Source: Candidatus Woesearchaeota archaeon | GTDB taxonomy: Archaea > Nanobdellota > Nanobdellia > SCGC-AAA011-G17 > GW2011-AR20 | DNA: 57,483 bases | Direction of reading: 5' to 3' | Assembly: GCA_964419925.1 (NCBI GenBank) | Contig: CAYQPR010000003.1 | Location: 1 to 57,483 of the forward strand | Shown here: piece by piece, positions 55,061 through 57,483 of the stretch | Layout of the letters: every line of letters begins with the position of its first letter | How positions within the stretch are numbered: position 1 is the stretch's first letter | The notes under the pieces: model-generated | Told to the model about the DNA's origin: nothing | Seen by the model: only the letters and a program-made list of their open reading frames with translations | The model's database searches: none | Translations under genes and position numbers: made by a program

Positions 55061-56356
55061 TTAAACTCCAATTCCAAAATAATCAAATCCTTTTTCAACT
55101 AAATCTTTTTTAGAATAAATATTTCTTCCATCAAAGACTACCGGAATTTTTAATAAAGATTTAACCTTCTTAAAGTCTAGAGATCTAAAACTCGTCCATT
55201 CAGTTACTAAAACCATTCCATCTGAATCTTTTAAAGCATCATAAGGGTTTTCAAAATAATTAATATTTGGATATATTCTTCTTGTATTATCAATTGCTTT
55301 TGGATCACATGCACTTATCTTTACACCTTTTTCAGATAAATAATCTATTAATTTTAAAGAAGGAGCTTCTCGAATATCGTCTGTTTCAGGTTTAAATGCT
55401 AGACCCAATAATGTTAACGTATTTCCTTTTAAACGATATTTATAATAAGAATCAATTTTATTTAAAAAGATTTTAACCTGATTATTATTTATTGCCCGTA
55501 CAGACCCAAACAAATCTGAATCAATTCCCAATTCATCGTATATGTGAATTAAACCATCTACATCTTTTGGAAAACAAGAACCGCCATAACCTAAACCTGG
55601 AAAAAGAAATTCTGACCCAATTCGGTGATCTGTAACAATTCCTTCTTTAACTTCATGAATATTTGCACCGACTTCATCACAGAGATTTGCAATATTATTT
55701 ATAAAAGAAATTTTTGTTGCAAGAAATGTATTGGAAGCATATTTAACAATTTCTGCGGCGATATTACTCATAAACAAAACTGGATTTTTATTTAAAACAA
55801 AAGGATGATATAATTCTTTCATAATTTCTTTTGCTTTTTCAGAATTAACCCCAATAACAACTCGATCTGGTTTTAAAAAATCTCTAACTGCGTCCCCTTC
55901 TTTTAAAAATTCTGGATTAGATACAATTTCAAAATCTGAAGTTGCATTTTGTTTAATAATTTTTCTAACCCTTTCCGAGGTCCCTGGAGGAACTGTACTT
56001 TTATTTACAATTAATTTATATTCTGTAACTAAAGGACTAATTTGAGAAGCAACTTCATCAACATAGTTTAGATTTACTTTTCCATCGTTAGAAGATGGCG
56101 TGGGGACTGCAATAAAATTAACTAAAGAATTATTAATTCCTTCTTCTAAATTTGTAGTGAACTTTAATCTTTTAGTATTAAGATTTCTTTTTACTAGTTC
56201 TTCTAAACCCGGCTCATAAATTGGAACCCTTCCATTAGATAACATTTCTATTTTATTTTTATCAATATCCATACATATAACTTCGTTACCTTGCTCGGCT
56301 AAACATGTTCCAGTTACTAATCCAACGTAACCGGTTCCAATAACAGAAATTTTCAT
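55061..56356 (-). CDS. ugd: UDP-glucose (or UDP-N-acetylhexosamine) 6-dehydrogenase
   Basis: 431 aa. MKISVIGTGYVGLVTG and catalytic Cys motif GYGGSCFPKD. TTTATAAA at 56378-56385. Confidence 0.9.
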   Translation of the reverse strand: MKISVIGTGYVGLVTGTCLAEQGNEVICMDIDKNKIEMLSNGRVPIYEPGLEELVKRNLNTKRLKFTTNLEEGINNSLVNFIAVPTPSSNDGKVNLNYVDEVASQISPLVTEYKLIVNKSTVPPGTSERVRKIIKQNATSDFEIVSNPEFLKEGDAVRDFLKPDRVVIGVNSEKAKEIMKELYHPFVLNKNPVLFMSNIAAEIVKYASNTFLATKISFINNIANLCDEVGANIHEVKEGIVTDHRIGSEFLFPGLGYGGSCFPKDVDGLIHIYDELGIDSDLFGSVRAINNNQVKIFLNKIDSYYKYRLKGNTLTLLGLAFKPETDDIREAPSLKLIDYLSEKGVKISACDPKAIDNTRRIYPNINYFENPYDALKDSDGMVLVTEWTSFRSLDFKKVKSLLKIPVVFDGRNIYSKKDLVEKGFDYFGIGV

Positions 56357-56377
56357 AATATTAAAAGTTGAAAAAGA

Positions 56378-56385
56378 TTTATAAA
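56378..56385 (-). promoter_or_regulatory. TATA box (TTTATAAA) for the ugd/GT-A/GT-A operon
   Basis: 22-29 nt upstream of the ugd start (56356). Flanked by AGA like the other boxes. Confidence 0.5.
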
Positions 56386-56434
56386 ACCTACGACATAAGC
56401 AAGCTGAAGAAAGTCGGTTAAAATTTTAGGAAAA

Positions 56435-56692
56435 TTAATCATATATTTTAGATCTTTTATCTATTTTAACAATTCCAATTTTATTTGATTTATAATCTAC
56501 TTCATAAAGTATTCTGTAATCACCAACTCTCACTCTAAACAACTTTTCTTCATAACCTTCAACAATTTTAGTATCATGAAGTATTGGCATGTTTCTTAAT
56601 TCTTCTATTTTATTAATTAATCTTTTAGCTAAAATTTTATCAGCTTTCTTTAAAAATTTCTCAGCTTGATTAGAATAACTAACCTCAAACAT
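56435..56692 (-). CDS. RelE/ParE-superfamily type II toxin
   Basis: 85 aa. ...LFRVRVGDYRILYEVDYKSNKIGIVKIDKRSKIY is the typical RelE/StbE C-terminal core. 1-nt overlap with the upstream small gene. Confidence 0.75.
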   Translation of the reverse strand: MFEVSYSNQAEKFLKKADKILAKRLINKIEELRNMPILHDTKIVEGYEEKLFRVRVGDYRILYEVDYKSNKIGIVKIDKRSKIYD

Positions 56693-56889
56693 TATAATAT
56701 CAACTGTTTTTTAAGTTGTTCATGAGAAATAAGTTTATTTACCGATTTTTCCTTTCTGTATTCAATAAGGGCTAGGTAATCTTCTTCAGTCATAATACTA
56801 TCTATATCAACCATATGCTCTTTTATTACATTTAATTCGGATTTAATGGTATCTAATTTCTCCATTACTTGTTTAATTTCGTTTGTCAT
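56692..56889 (-). CDS. Putative cognate antitoxin (helical, family unassigned)
   Basis: 65 aa, acidic/helical. Translationally coupled upstream of the RelE-like gene. TTTATAAA at 56911-56918. Confidence 0.5.
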   Translation of the reverse strand: MTNEIKQVMEKLDTIKSELNVIKEHMVDIDSIMTEEDYLALIEYRKEKSVNKLISHEQLKKQLIL

Positions 56890-56910
56890 AATTATTAAAT
56901 AACTTTTAAG

Positions 56911-56918
56911 TTTATAAA
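56911..56918 (-). promoter_or_regulatory. TATA box (TTTATAAA) for the antitoxin-toxin operon
   Basis: 22-29 nt upstream of the start at 56889. Confidence 0.5.
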
Positions 56919-56962
56919 TCTAACGTCTCAGCTTAGGAAAACCAGTCCAAAGCTATATAAAA

Positions 56963-57331
56963 TTAATTAAGATAAGCGGATAAAGTTTGATTAAAAGATT
57001 CTGAATTTATTGAGCCAATAGTTACTTCTTTTCCAGTTTCTTTTTTATATAATTCAGCATATCTTTTTGCAGAATCTAAATATTTAGGAAAAACTCTTAA
57101 AGAATCCCCTTCTAATGAAATAAATTCACCTGCGACTACGGATTTATGAATTCTACTTCTAAAAATTAATCCAGCATGTTTTCCCCTTATAACATCTGGG
57201 CCATCAACAAAGCTTGCTAAAGTTTGATAATCTCCTTTGAAACCAAATCCAAATGACTCTCTAACTAATTCGTTTATCTTTTTTCTAAAAGGATGTGATT
57301 TCTCTTTTATAAAAAATATATACTCTAACAT
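56963..57331 (-). CDS. Hypothetical protein
   Basis: 122-aa ORF with coding-like composition and no motif I recognise. A TATA-like box lies about 25-30 nt upstream. Confidence 0.4.
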   Translation of the reverse strand: MLEYIFFIKEKSHPFRKKINELVRESFGFGFKGDYQTLASFVDGPDVIRGKHAGLIFRSRIHKSVVAGEFISLEGDSLRVFPKYLDSAKRYAELYKKETGKEVTIGSINSESFNQTLSAYLN

Positions 57332-57430
57332 ATTGGTTCAGAATTAATGTACCTTTTTAAATCTTTCTATTTATGCTACTTTAGAGTAAGAATTAATACA
57401 TCTTACTCAGCTTTGAACTGAAAATCTAAC

Positions 57431-57483
57431 GCCACGGCCCGGATTTGAACCGAGAAGCCCTTGCGGGCGCCAGTTTTCTTAAA
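57431..57483 (-). tRNA. 3' portion of a class II (long variable arm) tRNA, most likely tRNA-Leu (anticodon UAA), truncated by the window end
   Basis: Reverse complement reads TTTAAGA-AAACT-GGCGCCCGCAAGGGCTT-CTCGG-TTCAAAT-CCGGG-CCGTGGC. This gives a T-arm with a GTTCAAATC loop, a 7-nt acceptor strand, a GCCC/GGGC variable-arm hairpin, and a U33-UAA-G37 anticodon loop. It is a GC-rich island in AT-rich DNA. No encoded CCA. Confidence 0.6.

Noticed and set aside
1-57483. I searched by eye for CRISPR arrays, rRNA, transposases/integrases, reverse transcriptases (DGR), and restriction or other defence systems.
   Set aside because: I found no regularly spaced repeats, no rRNA-like GC-rich blocks other than the terminal tRNA fragment, and no ORFs with DDE/tyrosine-recombinase/RT/nuclease motifs. 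The only defence-like elements are the two small TA modules at the edges.

Overview
This is a very AT-rich, very gene-dense window with about 60 CDS. Intergenic spacers are mostly under 100 nt, and many gene ends overlap. TTTATAAA-type boxes sit about 22-35 nt upstream of many start codons, and only a few genes have GGAGG-type ribosome-binding sites. The window also encodes AglXYZ-like genes and a sequon-rich, C-terminally anchored surface protein. From these I infer a small-genome archaeon, possibly DPANN-like. This is inference, and a CPR-type bacterium cannot be formally excluded without a search.

Almost the whole window is one cell-surface glycan super-locus:
- Eight SDR-type NDP-sugar epimerases/dehydratases/reductases.
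- Three DegT-family PLP/PMP enzymes.
- A CDP-3,6-dideoxyhexose pathway (rfbF/rfbG/rfbH-like).
- A pseudaminic/legionaminic-type nonulosonic acid pathway (PseG/PseH/NeuB/cytidylyltransferase).
- An acetamidino module (HisH/HisF-like plus PP-loop amidotransferase, WbuXYZ/AglXYZ-like).
- A WlbA/B/C-like 2,3-diacetamido-sugar trio and a UDP-glucose 6-dehydrogenase.
- About 9 GT-A/GT-B glycosyltransferases, 2 GT-C-like membrane proteins and a Wzx flippase.
- A sulfate-activation operon (cysD-tauE-cysN).
- A heavily sequon-loaded surface (S-layer-like) protein.

The most unusual element is a Fom1/Fom2/FomC-like phosphonate module: a cytidylyltransferase-PEP mutase fusion, phosphonopyruvate decarboxylase and an Fe-alcohol dehydrogenase. 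It sits next to a CDP-alcohol phosphotransferase. I predict a CMP-2-hydroxyethylphosphonate-dependent decoration of a lipid or glycan.

The locus is bracketed by toxin-antitoxin modules and ends at a partial class II tRNA (probably tRNA-Leu). I saw no CRISPR array, rRNA, transposase or integrase.
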